DNA of 64,000 nucleotides, taken from positions 357-64,356 of the forward strand of contig CAZFRR010000065.1 in NCBI GenBank assembly GCA_964521405.1, read 5' to 3'. Shown here one piece after another: positions 1-9,669 of this stretch. The notes below the pieces were generated by a model. That model saw only the letters and a program-made list of their open reading frames with translations, did no database searches and was not told the DNA's origin. Position 1 is the stretch's first letter, and each line of letters begins with the position of its first letter. This stretch comes from an uncultured Streptomycetaceae bacterium. Lineage in GTDB: Bacteria > Pseudomonadota > Gammaproteobacteria > Burkholderiales > SG8-41. Made by a program: the position numbers and the translations under genes.

Positions 1-127
1 CGATCGCGCCGGCCTCGCCCATCCCGTTCATCATCACATTGCAGCCCTGCGCCGCGAACGCGCGCGCGAAGGCTTCACCGATGCCGCCGGTCGAGCCGGT
101 GACCAGCGCGGTCTTCCCCTTGAGCAT
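1..127 (-). CDS. SDR-family oxidoreductase (3-hydroxybutyrate dehydrogenase-like), N-terminal fragment running off the window
   Basis: Reverse translation from the ATG (complement of 125-127) gives MLKGKTALVTGSTGGIGEAFARAFAAQGCNVMMNG, a Rossmann TGxxxGIG SDR N-terminus. It is too short for the ORF track. Confidence 0.65.
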   Translation of the reverse strand, partial: MLKGKTALVTGSTGGIGEAFARAFAAQGCNVMMNGMGEAGAI

Positions 128-211
128 GGATTCTCCCGTGGCGTTTTTATTCCGCTGTAATCGTCTCCGAGTATACTCGCACCGATAGACTGGAATTTCG
201 TGGGGGAAGTC

Positions 212-1177
212 ATGAAAATCGCTTCAGGAATCGTTGTCTATTGTTTCATCCTCGCTGGATTGCCCGCGCTGGCCGCGGACGGATTTCCGAACCGGCCGGT
301 GCGCTGGATCATCCCGGCGCCGCCGGGCGGCGGCACCGACGCGGTGTCCCGTATTGTTGCCCCGAAACTCATCGAGATGTGGAAGCACCAGGTCATAATC
401 GACAATCGCGGCGGCGTGCAAGGCAGCCTCGGCACGGCGCTTGCCGCAAAATCACCGCCCGACGGCTACACCATCGTGTTCGCCTTTTCCGGCCCCGTTG
501 TTGTGAACCCGCACATCTACCGCGAGGTCGGCTACGACACCCTGCGCGACTTCGCAGCGATCTCGCGGCTCACGCAGCAACCGATGATCATGACCGCGCA
601 CCCCAGCCTGCCGGTGGCGTCGCTGAAGGAGCTTGCCGCCCACGCCAGGCAGAATCCGGGCCGGATAACGTTTGCCTCGAGCGCGTCGCTGCAGCACCTT
701 GCGGGCGAGCTGTTCAAGCTCTCCGCGGGCGTCAATCTCCTGCACGTGCCCTACAAGGGCGCGGGGCCGGCGGTGATCGACTTGCTGGGCGGCAATGTCA
801 ACACCATGATCTCCAACCCCACATCGGTCGTGCCGCACATCAAGTCAGGCAGGCTGCGCGCCATCGGCATCATCGGCGCGAATCGCATCGACGCGCTGCG
901 CGACGTGCCCACCGCGGCGGAGTCCGGTTTCCCCGAGTTCGCCAACGTGATCGAGTGGTACGGGGTGCTGGCGCCCGCCGCCACGCCGCGTCCCATTGTC
1001 GAAGCGTTGAATGGCGCCTTCGTGCGCGCGCTGCAGATGCCCGACGTGCAGAGCCGCATCCAGGACCTCGGCATGACCCCGTCCACCAGCACGCCGGCCG
1101 AGTACGACAGGCAGATTCGGGCGGACTATGCGCTTTGGGGCAAAGTGGTGAAAGCGGCGGGGGTAAAAGCGGAGTAA
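212..1177 (+). CDS. Bug/TctC-family tripartite tricarboxylate transporter substrate-binding protein
   Basis: ORF 200..1177. The ATG at 212 gives the signal peptide MKIASGIVVYCFILAGLPALA. Family-typical segments PNRPVRWIIPAPPGGGTD and HVPYKGAGPAV are present. Confidence 0.9.
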   Translation: MKIASGIVVYCFILAGLPALAADGFPNRPVRWIIPAPPGGGTDAVSRIVAPKLIEMWKHQVIIDNRGGVQGSLGTALAAKSPPDGYTIVFAFSGPVVVNPHIYREVGYDTLRDFAAISRLTQQPMIMTAHPSLPVASLKELAAHARQNPGRITFASSASLQHLAGELFKLSAGVNLLHVPYKGAGPAVIDLLGGNVNTMISNPTSVVPHIKSGRLRAIGIIGANRIDALRDVPTAAESGFPEFANVIEWYGVLAPAATPRPIVEALNGAFVRALQMPDVQSRIQDLGMTPSTSTPAEYDRQIRADYALWGKVVKAAGVKAE

Positions 1178-1201
1178 TTACTTGATGCTGTAATCGCGAG
1201 G

Positions 1202-1233
1202 GTCACCCGTCACTGCGTCACTGCATCACTGCC
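1202..1233. repeat. Lone tandem array, 4 x 8 nt (GTCACCCG TCACTGCG TCACTGCA TCACTGCC)
   Basis: Read directly. It fills the convergent gap between the TctC stop (1177) and the thrC stop (1234) and ends 1 nt before the thrC stop codon. Confidence 0.8.
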
Positions 1234-2352
1234 TTACTTCATCCGCTCCCGTATGGCACGCTCGATGGCGGTCAACTCGGCATCCACCGTCAGCGGCTTG
1301 GCGCTCTGCGCGATGGCAACGTCGGGGTCCTTCAGGCCGTGACCGGTGAGCGTGCAGACGATGGTGCTGCCCTCGCCCACCTTTCCCAGCTCGAGATCCT
1401 TCAGCAGCCCGGCCAATGATATGGCCGACGCCGGCTCGCAGAAGATGCCTTCGGCCTGCGCCAGCAGCTTCTGCACGCGCAGGATCTCCTCGTCGGTGCA
1501 CTCCGCGAACCAGCCGCCGGACTCGCGGCTCGCCGCGAGCGCCTGCTGCCACGACACGGGGTTGCCGATACGGATGGCGGTGGCAATGGTCTCGGGATTC
1601 TCTACCGCTCGTCCCCTCACGATTGGCGCAGCGCCGGAAGCCTGATATCCCAGCATTATCGGCCGGCGCTCCACCAGCTTCTGCCTGCGGTACGGGCGCA
1701 TCCCCTCCGGCAGCTTCAGCGCAAGCGTGTCGGCGCCAGCCGATTCGCAGTAGCCGATCCAGTGCGCGGTGATGTTGCCCGCGTTGCCGACCGGCAGGGC
1801 ATGGTAATCCGGCACCTCGCCCAGTTCCTCGATCACCTCGAAAGCGATGGTCTTCTGGCCCTGGATGCGGTAAGGGTTGATGGAATTCACGATGTTGACC
1901 GGCGTCGTCCTTGCAACCTCCTGGACGAGGCGCATGCCGTCGTCGAAGTTGCCGCGGATCTGCAGCACCGTCGAGCCGTGCATCATCGCCTGCGACAGCT
2001 TGCCGAGCGCGATCTTGCCCTCCGGGATCAGCACGAAACAGGCGATGCCCGCGCGCGCGGCGTAGGCGGCGGCCGATGCCGAAGTGTTCCCGGTGGAGGC
2101 GCAGATGATCGCCCGGGCGCCTTCTTCCACCGCCCGCGTGACCGCCATCGTCATGCCGCGGTCCTTGAACGAGCCGGTGGGATTCAACCCCTCGAACTTG
2201 GCGAGGATGCGGACCTTCTTCCGCACCAGCCCCGGGAGGTTCTTCAACTCGATCAGCGGCGTCGCGCCCTCGTTCAACGAGATCACGCGCGCGCCCGCCG
2301 CGACCGGCAGACGGTCCCGGTATTTATCTATGAGGCCGGTGTAGTGCGCCAT
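1234..2352 (-). CDS. thrC: Threonine synthase
   Basis: 372-aa ORF with PLP-lysine context GSFKDRG. It lies downstream of hom, as in the classic hom-thrC arrangement. Confidence 0.95.
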   Translation of the reverse strand: MAHYTGLIDKYRDRLPVAAGARVISLNEGATPLIELKNLPGLVRKKVRILAKFEGLNPTGSFKDRGMTMAVTRAVEEGARAIICASTGNTSASAAAYAARAGIACFVLIPEGKIALGKLSQAMMHGSTVLQIRGNFDDGMRLVQEVARTTPVNIVNSINPYRIQGQKTIAFEVIEELGEVPDYHALPVGNAGNITAHWIGYCESAGADTLALKLPEGMRPYRRQKLVERRPIMLGYQASGAAPIVRGRAVENPETIATAIRIGNPVSWQQALAASRESGGWFAECTDEEILRVQKLLAQAEGIFCEPASAISLAGLLKDLELGKVGEGSTIVCTLTGHGLKDPDVAIAQSAKPLTVDAELTAIERAIRERMK

Positions 2353-2360
2353 CTCAAGGG

Positions 2361-2467
2361 GTGACTCGTTGCTCGTTTCTCGTGACTCGTGACTGATGCT
2401 TTTCGCCTCGTGGTTTGCAGCTGGTGGACAACGGCTGACGAGAAACGAGTAACGAGAAACGAGTCAC
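2361..2467. repeat. Short-period array hairpin, GTNNCTC / GAGNNAC flavour
   Basis: Left arm 2361-2395: GTGACTC GTTGCTC GTTTCTC GTGACTC GTGACTG. Right arm 2438-2467: GAC GAGAAAC GAGTAAC GAGAAAC GAGTCAC. The outermost units are perfectly complementary. The core is about 42 nt. Confidence 0.85.
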
Positions 2468-3777
2468 TAGTTCAGCTCTTCGAGTCGTATGCGGGTGACC
2501 TTGCCGACCACCACCGGCAGCTGCTCGATCTTCGCGATCGCCGCGTTCACGTGCTTCTCGACCGTGAGATGGGTCAGCAGGATGATGTCCACCTGGTCCT
2601 CGCCCTCGTGCGGCTCCTTCTGCACCATGGCATCGATGGAAATCGAAAGGTCGGCCAGGATGCGGGTGATGTCCGCGAGCACGCCCGGCCGGTCCTGGAC
2701 CCGCAGGCGCAGGTAGTAGGAGGTCTCGACCTCGCCCATCGGCAGGATCGGGGTGTCGGCAAGCCGGTCCGGCTGGAACGCAAGATGGGGCACGCGGTGC
2801 TCGGGGTCAGCCGTCAGCGTGCGCGCCACGTCCACCAGGTCCGCCACCACCGACGAGGCGGTCGGCTCGGCGCCAGCGCCAGCGCCGTAGTACAGGGTCT
2901 GCCCCACGGCATCGCCCTTCACCAGGATTGCATTCATCACGCCTTCGACATTGGCGATCAGGCGGCGCGCGGGTATCAGCGTCGGGTGCACCCGCAGCTC
3001 GATGCCGTTGCCCTTGCGCTTGGTGATGCCGAGCAGCTTGATGCGGTAACCCAGCTCCTCCGCGTAGCGGATATCCACCTGGGCCAGCTTCGAGATGCCC
3101 TCGGTATAGACCGCCTTGAACTGCATCGGGATGCCGAAGCCGATCGCCGCCATGATGGTCAGCTTGTGCGCGGCGTCCACGCCCTCGATGTCGAAAGTCG
3201 GGTCGGCCTCGGCATAGCCGCGGGCCTGCGCCTCCTTCAGCACCTCGGCGAAGCTCGACCCCTTGTCGCGCATTTCCGACAGGATGAAATTGCTGGTGCC
3301 GTTGATGATGCCGGCGATCCACTCGATGCGGTTGGCGGCGAGCCCCTCGCGCAGCGCCTTGACGATGGGGATCCCGCCGCCCACGGCGGCCTCGAACGCC
3401 ACCATCACGTCCTTCTTTTGGGCCGCGGCGAAAATCTCGTTGCCGTGCTGGGCGAGCAGCGCCTTATTGGCGGTGACGATGTGCTTGCCGTTGGCGATGG
3501 CCTTCAGCATGAGGTCCTTAGCGATGCCGGTGCCGCCGATCAACTCGACCACGATGTCGATTTCGGGGTTGCTCACGACCTCGTTGGCGTCGGCCGTCAC
3601 GGCGGCCTTGCCTCCGACCAGACGGCGTGCCCGGTCGAGATCCTTGTCCGCGACCATCTTCATGGTGATGGCGCAGCCGGCGCGACGGGCAATTTCCTCC
3701 TGGTTACGGGCGAGCACGGCAAACGTGCCGCCGCCCACGGTGCCGATGCCGAGCAGCCCGACGTTAATTGTTTTCAT
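2467..3777 (-). CDS. hom: Homoserine dehydrogenase
   Basis: 436 aa with NAD-binding N-terminus INVGLLGIGTVGGG and a C-terminal ACT-like region. Synteny with thrC supports the call. Confidence 0.95.
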   Translation of the reverse strand: MKTINVGLLGIGTVGGGTFAVLARNQEEIARRAGCAITMKMVADKDLDRARRLVGGKAAVTADANEVVSNPEIDIVVELIGGTGIAKDLMLKAIANGKHIVTANKALLAQHGNEIFAAAQKKDVMVAFEAAVGGGIPIVKALREGLAANRIEWIAGIINGTSNFILSEMRDKGSSFAEVLKEAQARGYAEADPTFDIEGVDAAHKLTIMAAIGFGIPMQFKAVYTEGISKLAQVDIRYAEELGYRIKLLGITKRKGNGIELRVHPTLIPARRLIANVEGVMNAILVKGDAVGQTLYYGAGAGAEPTASSVVADLVDVARTLTADPEHRVPHLAFQPDRLADTPILPMGEVETSYYLRLRVQDRPGVLADITRILADLSISIDAMVQKEPHEGEDQVDIILLTHLTVEKHVNAAIAKIEQLPVVVGKVTRIRLEELN

Positions 3778-3936
3778 AATGATGAATGATGAATGATGAA
3801 TGATGAACGGAAGAAATGGCCTGTCATGTTTCCGTCGATCACATCAATATTCATCAATGTCCTTTTTTGCCCACACTGCTCGCTTTTCATCGGTCCAATT
3901 TTCATTCCGCATTCATCATTCATCATTCATCATTCA
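3778..3936. repeat. Short-period array hairpin, AATGATG / CATTCAT flavour
   Basis: Left arm 3778-3807: 4 x AATGATG plus AA. Right arm 3903-3936: CATTCCG, then 3 x CATTCAT, then CATTCA. The core is about 95 nt and relatively AT-rich. The right arm contains the aminotransferase stop codon. Confidence 0.85.
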
Positions 3937-5118
3937 AAGCAGTCCGTCCTTCTTGAACATGTCCTTGATGCCCCGCAGCGCCTGCCGGCTGCGCGCCTCG
4001 TTTTCGATGAGCGCGAAGCGCACGTGGCCGTCGCCGTAATGGCCGAAGCCGATGCCCGGCGCCACCGCGATCTTCGCATCCGCCAGGAGCTTCTTGGAGA
4101 ATTCGAGCGAGCCCATCTTGCGATACGGCCCGGGTATCGGCGCCCAGATGTACATGGTCGCCTTGGGCACCTCGACTTTCCAGCCCATCGCGTTCATGCC
4201 GCTGCACATGACGTCGCGGCGGCTCTGGTACAGCCTGCGCGCGGTCTCCACGCAATCCTGCGGGCCCTCCAGCGCGATGATCGATGCCACCTGGATCGGC
4301 GTGAACGTGCCGTAATCGTGATAGCTCTTCATGCGCGCCAGCGCCGTGACCAGATCGCGGTTGCCGACCATGTAGCCCACGCGCCAGCCCGCCATGTTGT
4401 AGCTCTTCGACATGGTGAAGAATTCGACCGCGATCTCGCGTGCGCCGGGCACCTGCAGGATCGACGGCGCCTTGTAGCCGTCGAACACGATGTCCGCATA
4501 GGCGAGGTCGTGCACGATGTAGACGTGGTGCTCCCGCGCCAGCGCGACCAGCCGCTCGAAAAAAGCGAGGTCCACGCACTGGGTGGTCGGGTTGCTGGGA
4601 AAGTTGACGATCAGCATCTTCGGCTTGGGATAGGAATCCTTGAAGGCGCGCTCGACCGCCTCGAAGAAGTCGACGTCCGGCGACATCGGCACGTGCCGGA
4701 TGTCCGCGCCGGAGATCACCGGCCCGTAAATGTGGATCGGGTAGCTCGGATTCGGCACCAGCACGATGTCGCCGGTGTCGAGGGTGGCGAGCGCGAGGTG
4801 AGCGATGCCCTCCTTCGAGCCGATGGTGACGATCGCCTCGGAGTCGGGGTCGAGCTCGACGTTGTAGCGCGATTGGTACCAGCCGCAGATCGCGCGGCGC
4901 AGGCGAATGATGCCCTTCGACACCGAATAGCCGTGGGTGTCGGGACGTTGCACGGTCTCGACCAGCTTATCCACGATGTGACGCGGCGTCGGCTGGTCGG
5001 GGTTACCCATGCTGAAGTCGATGACGTCCTCGCCGCGCCGGCGCGCGGCGAGCTTCAACTCGCCGGTCACGTTGAACACGTACGGCGGCAGACGTTTTAT
5101 TCTTGCAAACTCTTCCAT
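3934..5118 (-). CDS. Class I/II PLP-dependent aminotransferase (AlaC/aspartate aminotransferase-like)
   Basis: ORF 3934..5163. The likely start is the ATG at 5118 ([16 protein letters not shown]). PLP-lysine context [13 protein letters not shown] is present. It lies upstream of hom-thrC. Confidence 0.88.
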   Translation of the reverse strand: MEEFARIKRLPPYVFNVTGELKLAARRRGEDVIDFSMGNPDQPTPRHIVDKLVETVQRPDTHGYSVSKGIIRLRRAICGWYQSRYNVELDPDSEAIVTIGSKEGIAHLALATLDTGDIVLVPNPSYPIHIYGPVISGADIRHVPMSPDVDFFEAVERAFKDSYPKPKMLIVNFPSNPTTQCVDLAFFERLVALAREHHVYIVHDLAYADIVFDGYKAPSILQVPGAREIAVEFFTMSKSYNMAGWRVGYMVGNRDLVTALARMKSYHDYGTFTPIQVASIIALEGPQDCVETARRLYQSRRDVMCSGMNAMGWKVEVPKATMYIWAPIPGPYRKMGSLEFSKKLLADAKIAVAPGIGFGHYGDGHVRFALIENEARSRQALRGIKDMFKKDGLL

Positions 5119-5135
5119 TGGCTGCTTTTCTTCTA

Positions 5136-5169
5136 AGAAGTTTGTCGGAACGGAATCCGACAAACTTCT
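5136..5169. promoter_or_regulatory. Perfect 14-bp inverted repeat (AGAAGTTTGTCGGA-N6-TCCGACAAACTTCT) in the aminotransferase leader / divergent promoter region
   Basis: Read directly. It starts 18 nt upstream of the ATG at 5118 on the minus strand. Confidence 0.5.
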
Positions 5170-5230
5170 CGGCGCTGGATAAAGCGTGATATTCTATCGG
5201 AGCGACTAACCTTAAGCAAATCAGCAGGTT

Positions 5231-5602
5231 ATGAAGTTGCAACTGATTCCCAACGCGGGACTGCAGCTGTTCTCCGGATACGGGACGGGGTATGTCGCCA
5301 TCAATAACGTGCGCTATGAAAAGTGCGTGGTGGTGACGCCACAGGCGGTCAGGCCATGGGCGGTCGGCAGCTTCGAGTCGCTCACCGCGGCCGACTTCGG
5401 GTTCGTCGCGGAACTGAAGCCGGAAATCCTGATCCTCGGCACCGGCGCGCTGCAGCGCTTCCCGCAGCCCGAACTCGCGCGGGTGCTGGCCGGAAGCGGA
5501 GCGGGCGTTGAGGTGATGGACACCCGCGCCGCCTGCCGCACCTACAACATTCTCGCCGCCGAAGGCCGCAAGGTCGTCGCAGCCATCCTGCTCGAGACGT
5601 GA
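5231..5602 (+). CDS. Mth938-like (DUF498) small protein
   Basis: 123-aa ORF. The assignment rests on recalled family resemblance only. Confidence 0.55.
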   Translation: MKLQLIPNAGLQLFSGYGTGYVAINNVRYEKCVVVTPQAVRPWAVGSFESLTAADFGFVAELKPEILILGTGALQRFPQPELARVLAGSGAGVEVMDTRAACRTYNILAAEGRKVVAAILLET

Positions 5603-5642
5603 CTCGCGACGGGCAGCCCTTCACCCTCCAGTAGTCGCCAGA

Positions 5643-8600
5643 CTATCCCGTAGCGCCTCGCGCCACAGGACTCTCGCGCGCGAAAAGGGATTTGGCCTGC
5701 ACCGCCTCGCGCACGCTGGCACGCAAGACTTCATCGGTGCCGTCCTTGGGCAGGCAGCGGAAAATCCCGCCCTTGTTGACCGCAGCGGCCATGGTCTTGA
5801 AGTCGGCGTAGCGGGTCGTCAGGATGCGCATCGTTTTCGGCGACAGCGATTGCACGCACTGCAGGAAGTCCACCCCGGACATGCCCGGCATGTTCTGGTC
5901 GGAGACCACCACATCCACGAGGTGATCGCGCAGCAACGCGAGCCCTTCGCGCGCATTGCGCGCCGCGAGAATCCGGTAGCCGTCCTTCGCCAGGATGCGC
6001 TGGATGTGCGCGAGCGCGTCTTCCTCATCGTCCAGGAGCAGGACCACTGGCACGCTCGAGTCGGAGGCCGGTTTTGGCAGCTCGAGGCGGCGGCGCTCCC
6101 TCACCCAGGCGCTGCAATCCTCGGCCGCCATCGGGTGCGAGAAGTAATAGCCCTGGATCTCGTTGCAGCCATACTCGGCGAGAAACTCGAGCTGGGCCCG
6201 GGTTTCCACCCCTTCCGCTATCACTTTGAGCCCCAGGCTGTGCGCCATCGAGATGACCGCGCGCGTGATCGTCGCATCGTCGCCATCCGAGGTGATATCG
6301 CGCACGAAGGTGCGGTCGATCTTGAGCGCGGAGAGCGGGAAGCGCTTGAGATAACCCAGGCTCGAGTAACCCGTGCCGAAATCGTCAATGGAAAGGCTGA
6401 CGCCAAGCCGGTCCAGATACTCCAGGGTGCGCGCCGCCTCCTCGGTATTTGCCATCAGCGAGCTTTCCGTGATCTCCAGCTCGATCAGGGTGGCATCCAC
6501 CTGGTGCTCCTCGAGAATGCGCTTGATGGTCGGACCCAGGTCTTTTGCCGCGAACTGGCGGGCCGAGAGGTTGACCGCCACCGGGATCGGCCTCACGCCG
6601 GCGCGCTCCCAGTCCTTGATCTGCGAGCAGACCGCCCTGAGAACCCATTCTCCCACCTGAATGATAAAACCCGTCTCCTCCAGCAGCGGGATGAATTCCG
6701 CCGGCGAAACCAACCCGCGTTCGGGGTGCCGCCAGCGCAACAACGCTTCCAGGCCCGTCATGTCGCCATCCGCGACGCTGGCCTTGGGCTGGTAATACAT
6801 CAGGAACTCGTTGCGCTCCAGCGCGTGCCGCAGGCTGCTCTCCATGCCCAGAAACTGGACCGCGCTTGCGTTCATCTCGGGCGTGTAGAACTGGTAGCTG
6901 TTGCGGCCGAGTTCCTTGGCACGGTACATCGCCGCATCCGCGTTCCTGATCAATATGTCCTGATCGCTGCTGTCGTCGGGAAACAACGTGATGCCGATGC
7001 TGACCGTCACGTAAACCTCGGTGCCTTCCAGCCGGAACGGCTCGTTGAAGGCCGTCATAATCTTCTGCGCGACGATGTTCACGTCCTGGGCGCTGGCCAG
7101 CGTCGACAGGACGATCGAGAACTCGTCCCCGCCGAGCCGCCCCACGGTGTCGCCGGAGCGCACCGAGCGCGTCAGGCGCCCCGCAATCTGCTGCAACAGA
7201 TCGTCGCCGACGGCGTGCCCCAGCGTGTCGTTCACGTTCTTGAAGCGATCCACGTCGATGAACATGATGCCCATCGTCCACCGATTGCGCTTGGCCTGGA
7301 CCAGCGCATGCTTCAACCGGTCGTAGAACAGGACGCGGTTTGGCAGATTGGTCATGACATCGTAGTGCGCCAGGTGCTCCAGCCTTTCCTCGGCCTGTTT
7401 ACGGTCGGTCACGTCCTCGGCAATGCCGGCAATGCGGTACACCCTGCCATCGCCATCACGCACCGGGAACGCGCGATCATGCACCCAGCGCGTGGAGCCG
7501 TCCGCTCGCACGATGCGGTAGGTCTCGTCGTACCCCGATTCCACCGCGCTCTTGCGCGCGCTGTAGACCCGCGCCCGGTCCGCCTTGTGCACCGCGCGGA
7601 CCAGCGCCCGGGGGTCGGAGAGAATATCCTGGAGCGGCCGCCCCAGCATGGTTTCGGCCGCGGGGCTGACGTACAACGTCTGGCGGTGGGAAGTGTCGGT
7701 TATCCAGAACACCTGCGGAATATTGCCGGCCAGCTGGCGGAACTGTTCCTCGCTTTCCCGCAGGGCGGCTTCCGCGCGCACGCGCTCGGAGACGTCGTTC
7801 ACCAGGGTCAGCCACACCGGGCGCCCGTCGAGAGTAAAGAGCCGCGCCGTGACTTCGGTGTCGAGGAGGGTGCCGTCCTTGGTCCGGTGCCTGCGCTGCA
7901 TCTGCAGCGTCTGCTCGCCCGTGCGGTTGCGGATATTCTTCTCATAACGCGTCGCCTCGCCAGGCGCCCAGACATCGCGCACGTTCATGCGCAGAAATTC
8001 GTCCCGGCTGTAGCCGTAACGGGCGGTCGCAGCCTGGTTGACGGCGAGGATGTCGAGCGTCTCGTCGTCCCACACCCACATCGGCAGCGGGCTCGCCTCA
8101 AACACGTCCCGATAGCGCTCCTCGCTCGTGCGCAACGCCTGCTCTGCTTCCTTGCGCTGAATGAACTGGCCGATCTGGCTGCCAATCGAACTCACGACCT
8201 GCAGCAGCATCGCGTCCGGCTGGCGCGTTTCACGACCGAAGAACTCCATCACGCCGATGACAAGTCCGCCGGCGACGATCGGGAAGGCAAAGGCGCTGTG
8301 CAGCCCGAGCTTGCTTGAGCTTGCCTGACGGCGGAAGGAGGGATGCTGCCCGATATCGGCAAGCCACGTGGGTTCGTTCTGACGCCAGGCCCGACGCAGC
8401 AGCACCATGGATCCGTCCAAACCCTGCCGCATCCAGAGTTCGCGATCTTGAGGGTCGAATTCGGGCTCGAAATCGGCCCAATAATCGGCGCGGACCATGC
8501 CTTCTTCGTCGTTACAGATCCAGCGCGCGCCGTAGGCCCAATTCATTGCCCGACAGATGGTGTCCAGCAGCTTCGGCATCGCCTCATCCACCGAAGCCGC

Positions 8601-9539
8601 CTCGCTGATCACCTTCGTCACTGCGTGCTCCATTTCCTGGCGCAGCGCGATAAGCTTGCGCTCGGTTATGTCGCGGCTGATGCCGACCGTGCCGACGATC
8701 TTGCCCGACGGATCCCGCATCGGCACTTTCGATATAGCGGCCCACCGGCTGTCATCCAGCTTCCCATCCGGCGTGTTCAGGATGATCCTCTGCTCCCGCT
8801 CGGGCATCGGCACCCCGGTCCTGACGACGGCGGCGTCCTGGGCCTCCATCTTCTCGGCCATATCGCGGGTAAAGAAGTCGAACACGGTCTTGCCGGCAAT
8901 GTCATCGTCAGCCCGCCCGCGCGCCTTCAACCACGACTGGTTGGCCAGCACGAAACGTCCCTGCGCATCCTTGACGTAGATGTAATCGGGAACGGTGTCG
9001 ATGATCGTGCGCAATAGCACCCGCTCCCTGGCGGCGGCTTCCAGCGCCTGCTTGCGCTCGTTGATGTCCTCCATCATGCTGATGAAATAACGCGGCTTGC
9101 CTTCCGCATCTCTCACCAGCGATACGGTGCGGTTCAACCATAGCGGCGAGCCGTCCTTGCGCTGGTACATCCGTTCCGAAGAATAGGTCTCTAATTCTCC
9201 CAGCAGCACTTTGTTGTGTCTGCGGTGGCGATTCGTGCCGCGGCCATCGGGATGGCGTATATCATCCGCGGTCATGCCGAGCAGCTCGCCGGGAGCGTAT
9301 CCCAGCATCGTGGCGAGCCGCGCGTTCGCGTGCAGGATCCGGTCGTCCTCAATCGAGGTATGCATGATGCCGACAGGCGCGTAATCAAACGTCGCCCGGA
9401 AGCGGTCTTCGCTTTCGAGCAGCGCCTGCCAGATGCGGCTGCGGCCGGGAATATCCTGCGCCTGCGTCGGGGGACGCTTGGTCCGCCGACGCTCCTTACG
9501 CACCGGCTTCTCACTGATTTTTTGAAACGGCCTTGCCAT
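5643..9539 (-). CDS. Cytoplasmic c-di-GMP signalling protein, PAS-PAS-GAF-PAS-PAS-GGDEF-EAL-REC
   Basis: 1298 aa. Motifs: RLGGDEF, EALLRWRHP, DDFGTGYSSL, and a C-terminal receiver with DQNMPGMSG. No transmembrane segment is evident. Confidence 0.9.
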   Translation of the reverse strand: MARPFQKISEKPVRKERRRTKRPPTQAQDIPGRSRIWQALLESEDRFRATFDYAPVGIMHTSIEDDRILHANARLATMLGYAPGELLGMTADDIRHPDGRGTNRHRRHNKVLLGELETYSSERMYQRKDGSPLWLNRTVSLVRDAEGKPRYFISMMEDINERKQALEAAARERVLLRTIIDTVPDYIYVKDAQGRFVLANQSWLKARGRADDDIAGKTVFDFFTRDMAEKMEAQDAAVVRTGVPMPEREQRIILNTPDGKLDDSRWAAISKVPMRDPSGKIVGTVGISRDITERKLIALRQEMEHAVTKVISEAASVDEAMPKLLDTICRAMNWAYGARWICNDEEGMVRADYWADFEPEFDPQDRELWMRQGLDGSMVLLRRAWRQNEPTWLADIGQHPSFRRQASSSKLGLHSAFAFPIVAGGLVIGVMEFFGRETRQPDAMLLQVVSSIGSQIGQFIQRKEAEQALRTSEERYRDVFEASPLPMWVWDDETLDILAVNQAATARYGYSRDEFLRMNVRDVWAPGEATRYEKNIRNRTGEQTLQMQRRHRTKDGTLLDTEVTARLFTLDGRPVWLTLVNDVSERVRAEAALRESEEQFRQLAGNIPQVFWITDTSHRQTLYVSPAAETMLGRPLQDILSDPRALVRAVHKADRARVYSARKSAVESGYDETYRIVRADGSTRWVHDRAFPVRDGDGRVYRIAGIAEDVTDRKQAEERLEHLAHYDVMTNLPNRVLFYDRLKHALVQAKRNRWTMGIMFIDVDRFKNVNDTLGHAVGDDLLQQIAGRLTRSVRSGDTVGRLGGDEFSIVLSTLASAQDVNIVAQKIMTAFNEPFRLEGTEVYVTVSIGITLFPDDSSDQDILIRNADAAMYRAKELGRNSYQFYTPEMNASAVQFLGMESSLRHALERNEFLMYYQPKASVADGDMTGLEALLRWRHPERGLVSPAEFIPLLEETGFIIQVGEWVLRAVCSQIKDWERAGVRPIPVAVNLSARQFAAKDLGPTIKRILEEHQVDATLIELEITESSLMANTEEAARTLEYLDRLGVSLSIDDFGTGYSSLGYLKRFPLSALKIDRTFVRDITSDGDDATITRAVISMAHSLGLKVIAEGVETRAQLEFLAEYGCNEIQGYYFSHPMAAEDCSAWVRERRRLELPKPASDSSVPVVLLLDDEEDALAHIQRILAKDGYRILAARNAREGLALLRDHLVDVVVSDQNMPGMSGVDFLQCVQSLSPKTMRILTTRYADFKTMAAAVNKGGIFRCLPKDGTDEVLRASVREAVQAKSLFARESPVARGATG

Positions 9540-9669
9540 CCCCCCTCCGCAACGGCCACCGGCCCTTGTTCCCGCTAGACTTAATGCAAAAAAAGTTCAA
9601 AGATACCGTAAGTTACCATCAAATCCTCACCCTGAACAGGAACTATAACCTGCCCCCTATAACCTCGAT

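Noticed and set aside
5850-8318. 822-aa ORF on the plus strand antisense to the PAS-GGDEF-EAL gene. Similar long shadow ORFs occur at 26092-27936, 30193-32526, 30687-32564, 41433-42995, 43809-45164, 50979-52526, 52539-53924 and 53962-55380.
   Set aside because: They have Arg/Ala/Gly/His-rich composition and no recognisable motifs. Each is fully embedded opposite or out of frame with a gene that has clear family signatures. These are typical high-GC stop-codon-poor shadow frames.
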